Below are positions 1 to 9,301 of a stretch of 64,000 nucleotides of DNA, in pieces. Position numbers and translations under genes: made by a program. The stretch comes from a virus, in IMG/VR virus record IMGVR_UViG_3300027969_000050, positions 64,001-128,000 of that record. One strand, 5' to 3'. A model generated the notes under the pieces. That model worked only from the letters and a program-made list of their open reading frames with translations, was not told where the DNA came from and ran no database searches. The stretch's first letter is position 1; the number at the start of each line of letters is the position of its first letter.

Positions 1-521
1 GTGTTTTTAATCGCAAGGTAGACCATCGCTGGCAGCTTGCCATTAAACCCAGTTGGCTTTCTACATTTGGCGCAAGCCAATCCTACTTTTCTGGGGTCCC
101 GGATGTTTGCAGCACTCGCCTCCCACTCATGCTTACAAGTGAGGCAGCGAATAGGAACCTTGACAAATTGGTTGACGGGCGGTCCAAGCCATTCGGCTCC
201 AACAGCAAAAGCCTCGGCGTCTCTCTGCTCCCGAGTAGCCGTTACCTTTTCGTCATGGCTTTTCCTTGCGCACTTGGGGCAGCCCCATTTGCGAGTCTTG
301 TTTCCTTGGCTGGTATACCCGTTTTTGACAGATTTTGCACCTGACGAAACATTGTTTGGCAGCGCGGCCCATTCGTTTCCGCAACTAAGGCAGCGGATGG
401 GAGTCTTATCTTTGCCTCTTCCGCAAGGCTCCAGCCATTCCGCCCCAATTGCTTTGGCCTGACGATCCCTAATCTTCTGGGATACCTTTTTGTATCCAAC
501 CTTTTTGTATCTAGACGGCAT
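1..521 (-). CDS. Zinc-ribbon repeat protein with start of a GIY-YIG-like domain (runs off window edge)
   Basis: Not in the ORF track. GGAGG then ATG at 521 (MPSRYKKVGYKKVSQ...). Two repeats AxGAEWL...PIRCLxC.xEW.A...N...CxKC, then GFNGKLPAMVYL, matching GFNLDAPAVAYL of the neighbouring gene. Confidence 0.75.
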   Translation of the reverse strand, partial: MPSRYKKVGYKKVSQKIRDRQAKAIGAEWLEPCGRGKDKTPIRCLSCGNEWAALPNNVSSGAKSVKNGYTSQGNKTRKWGCPKCARKSHDEKVTATREQRDAEAFAVGAEWLGPPVNQFVKVPIRCLTCKHEWEASAANIRDPRKVGLACAKCRKPTGFNGKLPAMVYLAIKN

Positions 522-1023
522 TTTGATCCTCCTCTGGACTCCAAGGCTTGCCGCCAATCCAATCCATAACGTCATCAAGAGAAACGTCGCAGGACCTTAG
601 GTCGTCAAGCAGAACAGTTTCCGTTTTGCCCTCGACCATATCGATGTCCTTGGCGACACGACGATTGATTCTAGGCACCCAAAGATCTCGCCTCCACCAC
701 CGAATGACCTCCTGTTCGGCAGCAAGCGCTTCCGAGCCAAGATCAAAGTACCTCATGCCGTAGAGCTTCCAGCAATTTCGATTAAACTTAGCTAGTCGGG
801 AGCTTTGGTTCTGATGGGAGTCTTTGGTCGTCTTTATCCAAAGCTGCCCGGTCACGCCAACCTTGACAACGGTTGGTCGAAGGTTCTCCCTTCTGACTGA
901 GAGGTACGCAACAGCAGGGGCGTCTAGATTGAATCCCAGCCTTTGCGTTGGTTTATTTGGCTCCGGCATGAGCCTCTCGATTTTTGCGTTGAACTGGGCA
1001 GCAAACTCATCAAGACTCGTCAT
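511..1023 (-). CDS. GIY-YIG-like (T5orf172-type) putative endonuclease
   Basis: Motifs AYL...VKVGVT...RL..F...ALAAEQ. Confidence 0.55.
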   Translation of the reverse strand: MTSLDEFAAQFNAKIERLMPEPNKPTQRLGFNLDAPAVAYLSVRRENLRPTVVKVGVTGQLWIKTTKDSHQNQSSRLAKFNRNCWKLYGMRYFDLGSEALAAEQEVIRWWRRDLWVPRINRRVAKDIDMVEGKTETVLLDDLRSCDVSLDDVMDWIGGKPWSPEEDQNAV

Positions 1024-1171
1024 CGTCTTCTCCGCCTAGGTGAGCATGGAGATCAATGTGCATTTGGGTAAGCATTTCGGTCATGCCGTTCATCTGGACC
1101 TCTAGAGCGTCCATACGCTTCACTACGGAGTCCAGCTCCAGTTCTACTCCCAAAGGGTCGTCAAAGTGCAT
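1010..1171 (-). CDS. Small acidic hypothetical protein (53 aa)
   Basis: Manual translation MHFDDPLGVELELDSVVKR...EDDDES; GGAGG upstream; abuts neighbours. Confidence 0.5.
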   Translation of the reverse strand: MHFDDPLGVELELDSVVKRMDALEVQMNGMTEMLTQMHIDLHAHLGGEDDDES

Positions 1172-1665
1172 TTACGGCCTCCCTAGCGCTCTCATAGCCT
1201 TAGACCGCCAACCGCATGAGCAGATGGCCAGCTTGGCTGGTTTCTTGCTGAACCGATCACGGAAGTGATAGGCAGTAAGTCGATGTTTGATGCGCTGAGT
1301 AAGCATGTTGAATCCCCTTGGGCTTTGCCCGCGAGTTTTTGCGGTAATTACGGTCAAGCCTGTCGTGTGCGGGATCTGTGCGGAAGGGCGCAGCCTGCTA
1401 TTGGAATAACGGCTGCGCTTTCCCCACTTAGCCCGGAATCGACGACTGAACCCATAGGGCTTAGTATAGCAGAGTTATTGAAGAAAGCGGGAGCGAGTGT
1501 AGTTGTCTCGTAGTTTCTTCATTGCTTGATAGTCTTGGTATTCGATTCTTAAGGAAATTATTATTGCTAAGACACTAATGATAATGAGAGCCATTCCTAA
1601 GAAATGATGGCCGAAGGTCTTAGTTAGTACTCCTAGGGCTAGGATGATTACTGATAGGGCTAGGC

Positions 1666-1971
1666 TCATTGGTTGTTTTCCTTTTGGGCGAGATTGTCTT
1701 TTACTGGCCAACTGCTTATGGGGTCTATTTCTTCTCTTAGGTAAGTTTTGAGCGTTTCTTGGTTTGCACAGTTTAGGCAGATGTATGTTCTTCTATCTGC
1801 TTGGGAGATTGCTGGGTAGGGTGGATCGTTTCTTTGCCATTCGTTTCCAAAGTTGAGGGGCGTGTATTTGTTGTTCTCGCATCTTGGGCAGAGGGTGGCG
1901 CGAGAATTTCTTCCGAAGTCTCCTGAGTGCCAGCGGTCCGTCATTCTTCTGTGGTTCCGGGGGGCGACCAC
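1666..1971 (-). CDS. Hypothetical zinc-finger protein
   Basis: CPRC...CLNC pair; true start probably at MTDRW. Confidence 0.55.
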   Translation of the reverse strand: MVAPRNHRRMTDRWHSGDFGRNSRATLCPRCENNKYTPLNFGNEWQRNDPPYPAISQADRRTYICLNCANQETLKTYLREEIDPISSWPVKDNLAQKENNQ

Positions 1972-2189
1972 TTCACGATGTTGAGGAAGTCTTGGTACTT
2001 TTTGTCATCGGAGGAGGTTTCCTCAATGAACTGGTTGTGCTTCATCAGGTTTATTTCACGGCGAGTTTCTCCGTGGGACTGGCGTTCGTGTTGCCAGTAG
2101 TCGTAGAAGTTTGCGGCGTTTTGATTAACGGCCTCGAGATTCGCTTCTAGCTCTTTGATGCGGGCTTCAAGATCTTTTCTTTTAAACAC
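1941..2189 (-). CDS. Hypothetical coiled-coil protein
   Basis: ORF track; GGAGG upstream; fits the operon. Confidence 0.6.
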   Translation of the reverse strand: MFKRKDLEARIKELEANLEAVNQNAANFYDYWQHERQSHGETRREINLMKHNQFIEETSSDDKKYQDFLNIVKWSPPGTTEE

Positions 2190-2214
2190 TGAACTTGCCC
2201 TCCGGTTGTGTGTG

Positions 2215-2397
2215 CTACAGAGAAGAAATACTATCGCCCCAAGAGACCGCTGTCAAGTGGCGATCTTTACGGCGAGCTTTGTCCTTCTGGCTCTGCTTAA
2301 CGACGTAATGGATTTCTTGGGAGATCCACTGCATCTCGACTAACATCTTTGAGACCTGAGTCCGGAGGACTGGATCTTTGATGTTAGGAGGGGCCAT
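2215..2397 (-). CDS. Hypothetical protein
   Basis: TAATG coupling to the upstream gene. Confidence 0.55.
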   Translation of the reverse strand: MAPPNIKDPVLRTQVSKMLVEMQWISQEIHYVVKQSQKDKARRKDRHLTAVSWGDSISSL

Positions 2398-3023
2398 TAG
2401 AAGTCGGAAGGACGGTATTCGGGAGAGAGATCTTTGCCGGGACCATGACGACCCATTGCCGTTCCGTCGGGGTCGTAAGGATCTTCAAGATCTTCAAGAG
2501 CGTCAGATTCCATTCCTCGCTTGTCTTCCATCATTTGAATCTTCATCTTGACTTCTTCGATCTGTTCCATGAGACCAGCCAACTCTTCCTCAGCAGCTAA
2601 TAGAGGGTCGGGCTGCGGTTCCTCTGGACGATTCTCAATCTCAAACGCTCCTGAACGAGGATCATCATTGGTTAGCTGACTATGAACGCTGCCTTGCCTC
2701 GATGAGTAATTGCGGTTCTCCCAATCAAAGGCTAGGCTCTCGTCGTTGGTCAAATTCGTCTCAGAGGACAGCTCGCTAAGACAGTCATCGCAAAGCTTCT
2801 GATTTCCATAACCGGCCTCAGCAAGATAATGAAAGTTTTTCGTGTTGTCGCCTGTCAGAACGTCTTCGCAATGCTCACAACGTTCTGGCTTCCATCCCTC
2901 GGGAGCCATAACAGGGAACTTAGTCGAAGGCTGATCGCCAGCTTCGTAATCCTCAAGTTCATATTCGCTAGGGAACCAAGGATTGCCGCTAGTGATTTGA
3001 CTATGAATTGAGTTCTTTTCCAT
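2397..3023 (-). CDS. Acidic hypothetical protein with CxxC...CxxC and repeated S.HSQ.T
   Basis: CEHC...CDDC; SIHSQITS and SVHSQLTN. Confidence 0.7.
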   Translation of the reverse strand: MEKNSIHSQITSGNPWFPSEYELEDYEAGDQPSTKFPVMAPEGWKPERCEHCEDVLTGDNTKNFHYLAEAGYGNQKLCDDCLSELSSETNLTNDESLAFDWENRNYSSRQGSVHSQLTNDDPRSGAFEIENRPEEPQPDPLLAAEEELAGLMEQIEEVKMKIQMMEDKRGMESDALEDLEDPYDPDGTAMGRHGPGKDLSPEYRPSDF

Positions 3024-3184
3024 GGTTATCTTAGGCTCGTCTTAAGGCTTCCTTAGTCTTTATAGGTCTGTTTATAGTGTTTAATAGTATTGGGGTATAG
3101 CAGACTTGTTTTGAAAGCGGTAGCTCCTAGCTTTCTGTCTGGCGACCTGCTATACTTGTTGAACACCAACCGAAGGACTCAATC

Positions 3185-3748
3185 ATGGACAGCGAAGAAT
3201 TCAATCCCATTGACTTTGAAGACCGCCCCGGATACCGGGCGTTCATCATTGGCGACCTCAAGCTCGTGTTCAAAGAGGACGAAGATCCTCTTGGGCCAAA
3301 AGAGATCCATCTGCTCGTTCGCGGCGAGCCAGTAGCCTCGGCGGTTTTCAATCCAACCAACACGGCAATTGCTTTTGATATTTCCGACGGCGCGGCGGAT
3401 CACGAACGGGCAATGCAACTGTTTACCGAACTCGTGAACTCCTTCCAAGACAAGCAAGTTGTGGCGGCGGAGTTTAGGGTCGAACTAGACACTTGGGAAC
3501 ACGCAGACCCCCGTATGCCTTTCGGACCCACCACCTACTCTCAGGACGCGCCTGAGGACCCTTACGCGGCCTATGTGAAGGAAGACCCGGAGCGGGTCGA
3601 GGATCTCATCAACAGGATGATTTGCAACATCAATGACGACGAGGCGCCGTTTGATATCTTTCAAGAAAATCGATGGGTAAAGGATCACGGCGAGCAGTGC
3701 AAGGTGGACTGTCCAATGACCGAAGAGGAATACTGGGAAGGCGAATAA
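3185..3748 (+). CDS. Acidic hypothetical protein
   Basis: AAGGA SD; TGC-TATACT upstream at 3148-3156. Confidence 0.7.
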   Translation: MDSEEFNPIDFEDRPGYRAFIIGDLKLVFKEDEDPLGPKEIHLLVRGEPVASAVFNPTNTAIAFDISDGAADHERAMQLFTELVNSFQDKQVVAAEFRVELDTWEHADPRMPFGPTTYSQDAPEDPYAAYVKEDPERVEDLINRMICNINDDEAPFDIFQENRWVKDHGEQCKVDCPMTEEEYWEGE

Positions 3749-3945
3749 TGACGAATAACTACTACATCATTCGTTTTTGTTTGGACAGAGAGGACCCTGA
3801 CCACCTGCGAATTATTCGCACCGGCTTGACAAGAGCCGAAGCGATGGAGCATTGCGGGCGGGAAGACACACACGAGAAAAACCCGGACGGAACTACTAAG
3901 TGGTTCGACGGCTTTGATTACGAGAAAAGCAAGGTGAAATTGTGA
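3748..3945 (+). CDS. Small hypothetical phage protein
   Basis: TAATG coupling; GLT..EA..HC...T...WFDGF. Confidence 0.65.
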   Translation: MTNNYYIIRFCLDREDPDHLRIIRTGLTRAEAMEHCGREDTHEKNPDGTTKWFDGFDYEKSKVKL

Positions 3946-4307
3946 ACTTTCAAGACGCCCATAGGATTTTCAAGACGGCAAGAAACAAAGCCTCCGGCAA
4001 GCCGCTTGGTAACAACACACGCCTTCACCAGCGAAAGAACTGGGACGGCGACGCTTACTACTACGCGGTCACGCTTCACGGCACTGACGTAGTTGAGATC
4101 TACCGAGACGGCAAAAGGGTTCTCAACAGCGGAGGCTGGCAGACGATCACGACGAAGGACCGGATCAACACCTACGGTGCCGGTCGAGTGATTCAGAAAG
4201 ACTTCGTTTGGTACTGGCACCCGGAAAGCGAATGGGACGATCTCAAACTCGTCCGCTTCGAAGACGGGATGACGGTGACTCCGCTAAGGGCGCTCACCCA
4301 TGCCTAG
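3942..4307 (+). CDS. Hypothetical phage protein
   Basis: GTGA overlap; LNSGGW.T.TTKDRIN motif typical of small phage proteins. Confidence 0.7.
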   Translation: MNFQDAHRIFKTARNKASGKPLGNNTRLHQRKNWDGDAYYYAVTLHGTDVVEIYRDGKRVLNSGGWQTITTKDRINTYGAGRVIQKDFVWYWHPESEWDDLKLVRFEDGMTVTPLRALTHA

Positions 4308-4420
4308 ATGCCCTGACTGCATGGCAACCAAAACGCACATCATCTACTGCGACGGCTGCTGGCTTAAGCTCGTCCGACGCTCCAAGGACGTCGGCTACAA
4401 GCTGCCCCTAAAGGAAGAGC

Positions 4421-6259
4421 CTAAGAGGGATCCTCGACGGGACTAGCCTCATCAGGCTCAAAGGTCCTTTGATTGAACAGCCCCTCGTTCTCAACGTGAG
4501 AACTTGAATCGCCTCCGCACAAAGGACAGTTCCATTGGCGATACTCCGCAGGGGGACAATTGCGACTACGACCGTGATGCATTTTCTCGTTCCAGCCGGA
4601 GGTCTTCTCATCACTGCCGCCATTAATTTTGTGGTACATCGAGTTGGCCCAAGAGCGACCAGCATCGCCACCCCAGAGAAGCCAAGCGGTCTTCCACGGA
4701 GAGTTGCCCTTCCCTCCATCATCGGGACGAGTCTTGTCATGCCGCTCAAAGAAAGAATGCATCCTCTGAATGTGATCGGAAGTAAGAGGCTTGCCATCAG
4801 CAATCGAATGAGCGCGAGTCACAGTTGCCGACTCAAGTCCGTCTCCAGCCTCCCCTTGATTGACTAGCTCAATACCACGCCGAGCATTAGATCGCGCTCC
4901 TGATGGGGCAACATAGGAAGCTCCAAATTTAAATTCATTGGCTGGCCGATAGCCTTTGCCCGACAAAAATTTTTCAATCGCCGTTGCCTCAACGGCAACA
5001 TCGCCTTGATCGCTTTCGATGTTGTGCTTGCGAAAGAACTCCAAAGGCGAATCATTGAGATCATAGCGAGAAGGCCGAAAGGACTCGGGATGTTCATCCG
5101 GGTTCATGCCAGTCATCTGCTTGATCGAATCCGCCATTTCTAAATGATAACCCTTTTCACGTCCGATGAAAATGGTCTTTGATTTGCCATCATCAAAAAT
5201 CCAGATTGGCCAATCGCCCTCCTCCGGAAAGACTTCGCTGTGATCTCCATGCACATCCTCAACGCCTGTCAGATCGACAACTTGAACGCTCAATGGCGGA
5301 ACCTCATCTTTTGCCCCTCGCTGCATACGATCATTCCAGTCCCGAGGCCAAAGGTCCTCATCATTTAGCTCGTCTTCATTCCAAGCCGATCCCGGCTCCT
5401 CAGGAAGGAGTGTGCGATCTGCAATCGGTATGGTCCCGAGGCTCCTTGGCTCGGTTCCCCTTGGCCGGTCATCAAGCGGATAAGCCCCAGCAATTTCGGT
5501 CTCTCGTTCAACAGCGTTGTTTACGTCTGGCACGGTTTGGCTTGGACCCTTGGGTTTCCTTGTTTCAACTCCATTTTGACCAAGAAGCCTTTGAATCGTG
5601 GGATAGCTGACATTAAACTCGCGTCCAATGGCCCTAAGAGACGCCCCACCTTCGTACATCTCTTTCACCTTGGCTATGGCCTCTGGAGTTTGAAGAGCGG
5701 CTGCCTCCGGAGGAATTTGAGGCCTGAGTTCATTTCCCTCATCGGTAAGAACTCTTCTAACGGTCTCCCCGGCAACTCCAAGCTCGCGTCCAATCTCCTT
5801 TACGGATTTTCCGCCCTCGTACATCTCTTGAACTTCCCTAAGCATTCCTCGAATCTTGTCAGCGTGACCTTTGGTGGGCGGTTGAATGCCACCACCAAAT
5901 TTCATACGCTCGTTCCAGCTCGATTGACGACCCGGCATATAAAACCCTTGTTCGACGCCCCAGCCATCATCGTCAAGTTGAAGCCAATCGAACCGCATAA
6001 AAAATTCTCGGTTCTCGATCTCATTGACAAATAACGTCTTGCCAGTCTGATCGGAGTACGCCTTTAGAGCAAGCATGAATTCGGAACCCAATCCGGATCC
6101 CTTTTCTAAGGCGTGAAGATTGTCAAGATGAACGCTATCCGAATCCTCACGAAGCGCGAACTCGATGTTGCCACTGCGCGTCTCCAATTGAAGCCCCGAA
6201 AATTCGCTGTTAGAAACAACGCCTCCCAATTGCTGGGCTATGAAATCTTGAACCTGCAT
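4421..6259 (-). CDS. Multidomain protein: GNAT-like, 2xHTH, copy of the polyprotein repeat domain, AWxLWGG domain, Zn finger
   Basis: Probable start MQVQDF at 6259; KGSGLGS GNAT-like motif; two EMYEGG.S...IGRE HTH repeats; DWPIWIF...IFIGREKGYHLEM; EFKFGA; TAWLLWGGDAGRSWA; CPLCG. Confidence 0.8.
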   Translation of the reverse strand: MQVQDFIAQQLGGVVSNSEFSGLQLETRSGNIEFALREDSDSVHLDNLHALEKGSGLGSEFMLALKAYSDQTGKTLFVNEIENREFFMRFDWLQLDDDGWGVEQGFYMPGRQSSWNERMKFGGGIQPPTKGHADKIRGMLREVQEMYEGGKSVKEIGRELGVAGETVRRVLTDEGNELRPQIPPEAAALQTPEAIAKVKEMYEGGASLRAIGREFNVSYPTIQRLLGQNGVETRKPKGPSQTVPDVNNAVERETEIAGAYPLDDRPRGTEPRSLGTIPIADRTLLPEEPGSAWNEDELNDEDLWPRDWNDRMQRGAKDEVPPLSVQVVDLTGVEDVHGDHSEVFPEEGDWPIWIFDDGKSKTIFIGREKGYHLEMADSIKQMTGMNPDEHPESFRPSRYDLNDSPLEFFRKHNIESDQGDVAVEATAIEKFLSGKGYRPANEFKFGASYVAPSGARSNARRGIELVNQGEAGDGLESATVTRAHSIADGKPLTSDHIQRMHSFFERHDKTRPDDGGKGNSPWKTAWLLWGGDAGRSWANSMYHKINGGSDEKTSGWNEKMHHGRSRNCPPAEYRQWNCPLCGGDSSSHVENEGLFNQRTFEPDEASPVEDPS

Positions 6260-6333
6260 ATTATTTAACCCCCAGCAAGGGGACCCAACTAAGCAAAAGA
6301 CGGGACTCCTAAAGGGGACCCAAAGGGACCCGC

Positions 6334-6645
6334 TTACATCAAGCCGAGAGTACGACCCGCCGAGAGCCAACCGTGTTCGCACACGCCATCAGCTTCAACG
6401 TAACATCCTTCAGGACAATCCGTCAAGCCCATCGTGTCTTCCAACTCATGAGGAGCATATCCGTATTCAATATCTGATTGAAGTTCCGCCGCCGCATTTG
6501 GAGAAGGTTTCTCGCCTTGGCCGGTGGTGGGCTTAGAACCGGGAGGGCTAGGAATGTGATCGGGATGAACCCAACCGGGCTGCTCACCCTGTTGAGCGAT
6601 CTTCATTTCAGCCAGCATATCTTTAGATGTCGTAAGTTTCTTCAT
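6334..6645 (-). CDS. Hypothetical protein with C-terminal Cys/His cluster
   Basis: CPEGCYVEADGVCEHG; probable start MKKLTT. Confidence 0.65.
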   Translation of the reverse strand: MKKLTTSKDMLAEMKIAQQGEQPGWVHPDHIPSPPGSKPTTGQGEKPSPNAAAELQSDIEYGYAPHELEDTMGLTDCPEGCYVEADGVCEHGWLSAGRTLGLM

Positions 6646-6970
6646 AAACATTACCGTGAGGAGCAACACATATATAATGGCAAACGGGTTAGCAAAATAT
6701 TCAATTTAGATCAGCGCGTTAGAGAATGGGGTATCACCGATCATACAGGGGGTACCCTAGAATCACTATCCTCGGACTTCACGGGGGGTCGCCCTATGAC
6801 AGGTTCCCTCTCTGGGGCTATTGCTGGAGACTGTGGGGGCTATGGGTGGGCGAGATAGGTGAGCATCAGGGGAGAGATAGACAGGGCGTTAGGCGCTGTT
6901 TATGGGCGTCATAGGTTTGCTTGTGCTGTTTGATACAAGCCCTCTCTCAATCATAATACGTCAGACATAG

Positions 6971-6995
6971 TTCCGTCCGATGAGTGTGATAGGGA
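6971..6995 (+). promoter_or_regulatory. CCGTCCGA-box promoter motif, copy 1 (degenerate -10)
   Basis: TTCCGTCCGA-tgagtgTGa-TAGGGA. Confidence 0.5.
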
Positions 6996-7051
6996 AATAA
7001 CCCAATGATTACGCATACTTCGCACTAGGGGAAACAGAACACTTACCTTCC

Positions 7052-7076
7052 TTCCGTCCGAACAGTTTGGTAGAGT
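7052..7076 (+). promoter_or_regulatory. CCGTCCGA-box promoter, copy 2
   Basis: TTCCGTCCGA-acagttTGg-TAGAGT. Confidence 0.75.
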
Positions 7077-7108
7077 GGTCACAGTCAATCTCAAACAGGA
7101 GAACCCCA

Positions 7109-7420
7109 ATGATGAAGATCAATCGCCGCAACGTAAGACTCGCAGACACACTCTCACCCAAGAGAGGCAAGACAGAGGACTACGATCCCCTAGTCATCAT
7201 CGAGCTATGGCGAGCAGACGGCAAGGCCAGAGTCAAAGACGCCTCCCTCGTCAGCAAAGATGAAGGCTGGGCAAAGAACCACGTCGCAGACCGAGACGGC
7301 AGCCACATCGTCACCCTAGACGAGCTTAACCGCAACTACCGGATCACCTGCGAAGCAGGACGCCCCTGCTGGATCGAATACCTCCACATCAAGTACGGCG
7401 GCACCTACTCAGAGCAGTAG
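7109..7420 (+). CDS. Early hypothetical protein
   Basis: AGGAG SD; start MMKIN. Confidence 0.7.
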   Translation: MMKINRRNVRLADTLSPKRGKTEDYDPLVIIELWRADGKARVKDASLVSKDEGWAKNHVADRDGSHIVTLDELNRNYRITCEAGRPCWIEYLHIKYGGTYSEQ

Positions 7421-7512
7421 GGAGCCGACCAGCCCCTACACACGCGCACGAGAGAGGTTGTTTCGTTGAGGGGCAGAGGGGATTCGACCCAACAGTTATG
7501 GGGATCTGTCCC

Positions 7513-7537
7513 TTCTGTCCGACGCTGTTGCTAAGAT
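7513..7537 (+). promoter_or_regulatory. CCGTCCGA-box promoter, copy 3
   Basis: TTCTGTCCGA-cgctgtTGc-TAAGAT, then GGATACATCAACC. Confidence 0.75.
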
Positions 7538-7565
7538 GGATACATCAACCCATTAGGAGATCATT

Positions 7566-7772
7566 ATGACCATCACCAACTTCGCACTCATAGCACTCAA
7601 CGACGCAGAGATCGAGATCATTCTCGACGCTCTCGTCCCCAAGAGCGAGCAGGAGGACGTCGCGGCTGCTCAGGCCGCTGCCGATCTGCGGCTGGCTCTG
7701 TTCGTTCGTCAGCAGGATCGTCGTCGTAAGTCACGGCTGGCAGCAGAGGCAGCGCTAGAGGGGAGCCGATAA
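7566..7772 (+). CDS. Early hypothetical protein
   Basis: AGGAG SD directly after the promoter. Confidence 0.7.
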   Translation: MTITNFALIALNDAEIEIILDALVPKSEQEDVAAAQAAADLRLALFVRQQDRRRKSRLAAEAALEGSR

Positions 7773-8023
7773 TGCTCTCTCGATCAGACGCAGCGAAGCT
7801 GTCAAGCGCCCTGACCAAGGCTCACCTGTCCAAGGACTCAGATGCCTCTGACGCAATCCGTACTGCCTTCGAAGCAGGAGTGACCTCAGCTATCTTTGAG
7901 ATCTCAATGCTCGTGAACGAGTTGAGTGGCGGGCGAGTGGACGGCGTAGCCTTTCATCAGACCGCTCTGCTCACCGAGAGTCACTTCGCAGACCTCGAAG
8001 CTCAGATCATCAGGAGCCTCTAG
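7772..8023 (+). CDS. Early hypothetical protein
   Basis: TAATG coupling. Confidence 0.7.
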   Translation: MLSRSDAAKLSSALTKAHLSKDSDASDAIRTAFEAGVTSAIFEISMLVNELSGGRVDGVAFHQTALLTESHFADLEAQIIRSL

Positions 8024-8136
8024 GAGAGAAGGGGAGCGACACAGCGGGCGAATGACACGGAGACCGCTGCCTGTCGCTGCCTCTCTCAGACCTAGCTCCC
8101 ATCGCAAAAAACGCGGGGCAGCGTCACCGTGACCGG

Positions 8137-8161
8137 CTCCGTCCGACGGGTTTGATAGAAT
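8137..8161 (+). promoter_or_regulatory. CCGTCCGA-box promoter, copy 4
   Basis: CTCCGTCCGA-cgggttTGa-TAGAAT, then GGATACAT. Confidence 0.8.
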
Positions 8162-8192
8162 GGATACATTCCACCACTCAGGGAGACACCGA

Positions 8193-8456
8193 ATGACCAT
8201 CATCGAGACCCAGACAGACCACACTTGGAAGCAGACCAAAGAGGGCTACGGCATACGCCACACTCTCGTCGGCACCTCGTACTCAATCCTTGCCAGCGGC
8301 GAGGTGATCGTTGATAGTTACGGCGCTCACGGACGGGCGCGGCTTAGTGGCAAGAGGTCATACACAATCTACGACGGGGAGCGCAGTTTCCGCTACTGCG
8401 ACCTGCTCAAAGACGCCAAGCAGGTCTGCGAACGTCGCTCAGAAGGGAGCCGATAA
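8193..8456 (+). CDS. Early hypothetical protein
   Basis: GGGAG SD; start MTIIET. Confidence 0.7.
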   Translation: MTIIETQTDHTWKQTKEGYGIRHTLVGTSYSILASGEVIVDSYGAHGRARLSGKRSYTIYDGERSFRYCDLLKDAKQVCERRSEGSR

Positions 8457-9232
8457 TGACCATCACTCTCGCCGTACAGACCGACACCGCACTCGCAGCC
8501 CTCTGGACTCAGATCTACGCTCTGCGGGGCGAGGTCGCTCAGGCCGTAGCATCGCTTGGCGATCAGACCAAGACCGAGGGCGACTACCTCTACAAGCGCG
8601 GCTACAAAGTCTTTCAGGGCGACGCTCGTGGCTGGACTCAGATCTTGACTCACGCGGCATCGCTGGCCTACTGCCCTGTCGGCGCAACCAACGTCTTTCG
8701 CACCGGCGCTGAGAGTCGAGACAAGTACGGTAAGATGGGCGAGGGCGAGAAGGATCGTCTGCTGAACACTCTCTCCAAGTACGAGACCCTTCGGGACAAG
8801 ATGGCCGAGATCGAAGTCGAGACCGACCCGCTCCAAGCAATCTACGAGCAGCATCGCTGGAGCCGGTTCTTTCTCGTGACAAGTTCTCAGGGTCACGTTC
8901 ACTCGTCAATGAGTTGCTCGACCTGCTTCCCTACGACTGAGTACGGCTGGCTCCCGAACCTCTCAGGACTGACCGAGGCCGACGCTGTGGCGCAAGAGGG
9001 TTCGATCCTCTGCTCCGTCTGCTTCCCTTCCGCTCCGACCGAGTGGACGACGGGGATCTCCAAGGCTCAGGCCGAGAAGGAAGCGGCGAAGTGTTCCGGC
9101 TCCGGCAGCCGAGTGGACGCCAGCGGCGAGTCGCTCAACCCCTACCGCAATAACTATGGCTCCTGCCCTGACTGTAAGGCGCAGCCCGCCATCACCAGCA
9201 CCGGCAAACTCCGCGCTCACAAGCCCGCCTGA
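8456..9232 (+). CDS. Cys/His-rich hypothetical phage protein
   Basis: GHVHSSMSCSTC...CSVCFP...CSGS...CPDC...H. Confidence 0.8.
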   Translation: MTITLAVQTDTALAALWTQIYALRGEVAQAVASLGDQTKTEGDYLYKRGYKVFQGDARGWTQILTHAASLAYCPVGATNVFRTGAESRDKYGKMGEGEKDRLLNTLSKYETLRDKMAEIEVETDPLQAIYEQHRWSRFFLVTSSQGHVHSSMSCSTCFPTTEYGWLPNLSGLTEADAVAQEGSILCSVCFPSAPTEWTTGISKAQAEKEAAKCSGSGSRVDASGESLNPYRNNYGSCPDCKAQPAITSTGKLRAHKPA

Positions 9233-9236
9233 GCGG

Positions 9237-9261
9237 TTCCGTCCGACGACTTTGGTAGAAT
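9237..9261 (+). promoter_or_regulatory. CCGTCCGA-box promoter, copy 5
   Basis: TTCCGTCCGA-cgacttTGg-TAGAAT, then AGATACATCAACC. Confidence 0.8.
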
Positions 9262-9301
9262 AGATACATCAACCAACCACACCACAGGAGATACGATCAT
9301 T

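Noticed and set aside
6278-6332. GGGACCC repeats upstream of the modular GNAT gene
   Set aside because: Only three or four short copies at one locus; insufficient to assign a function
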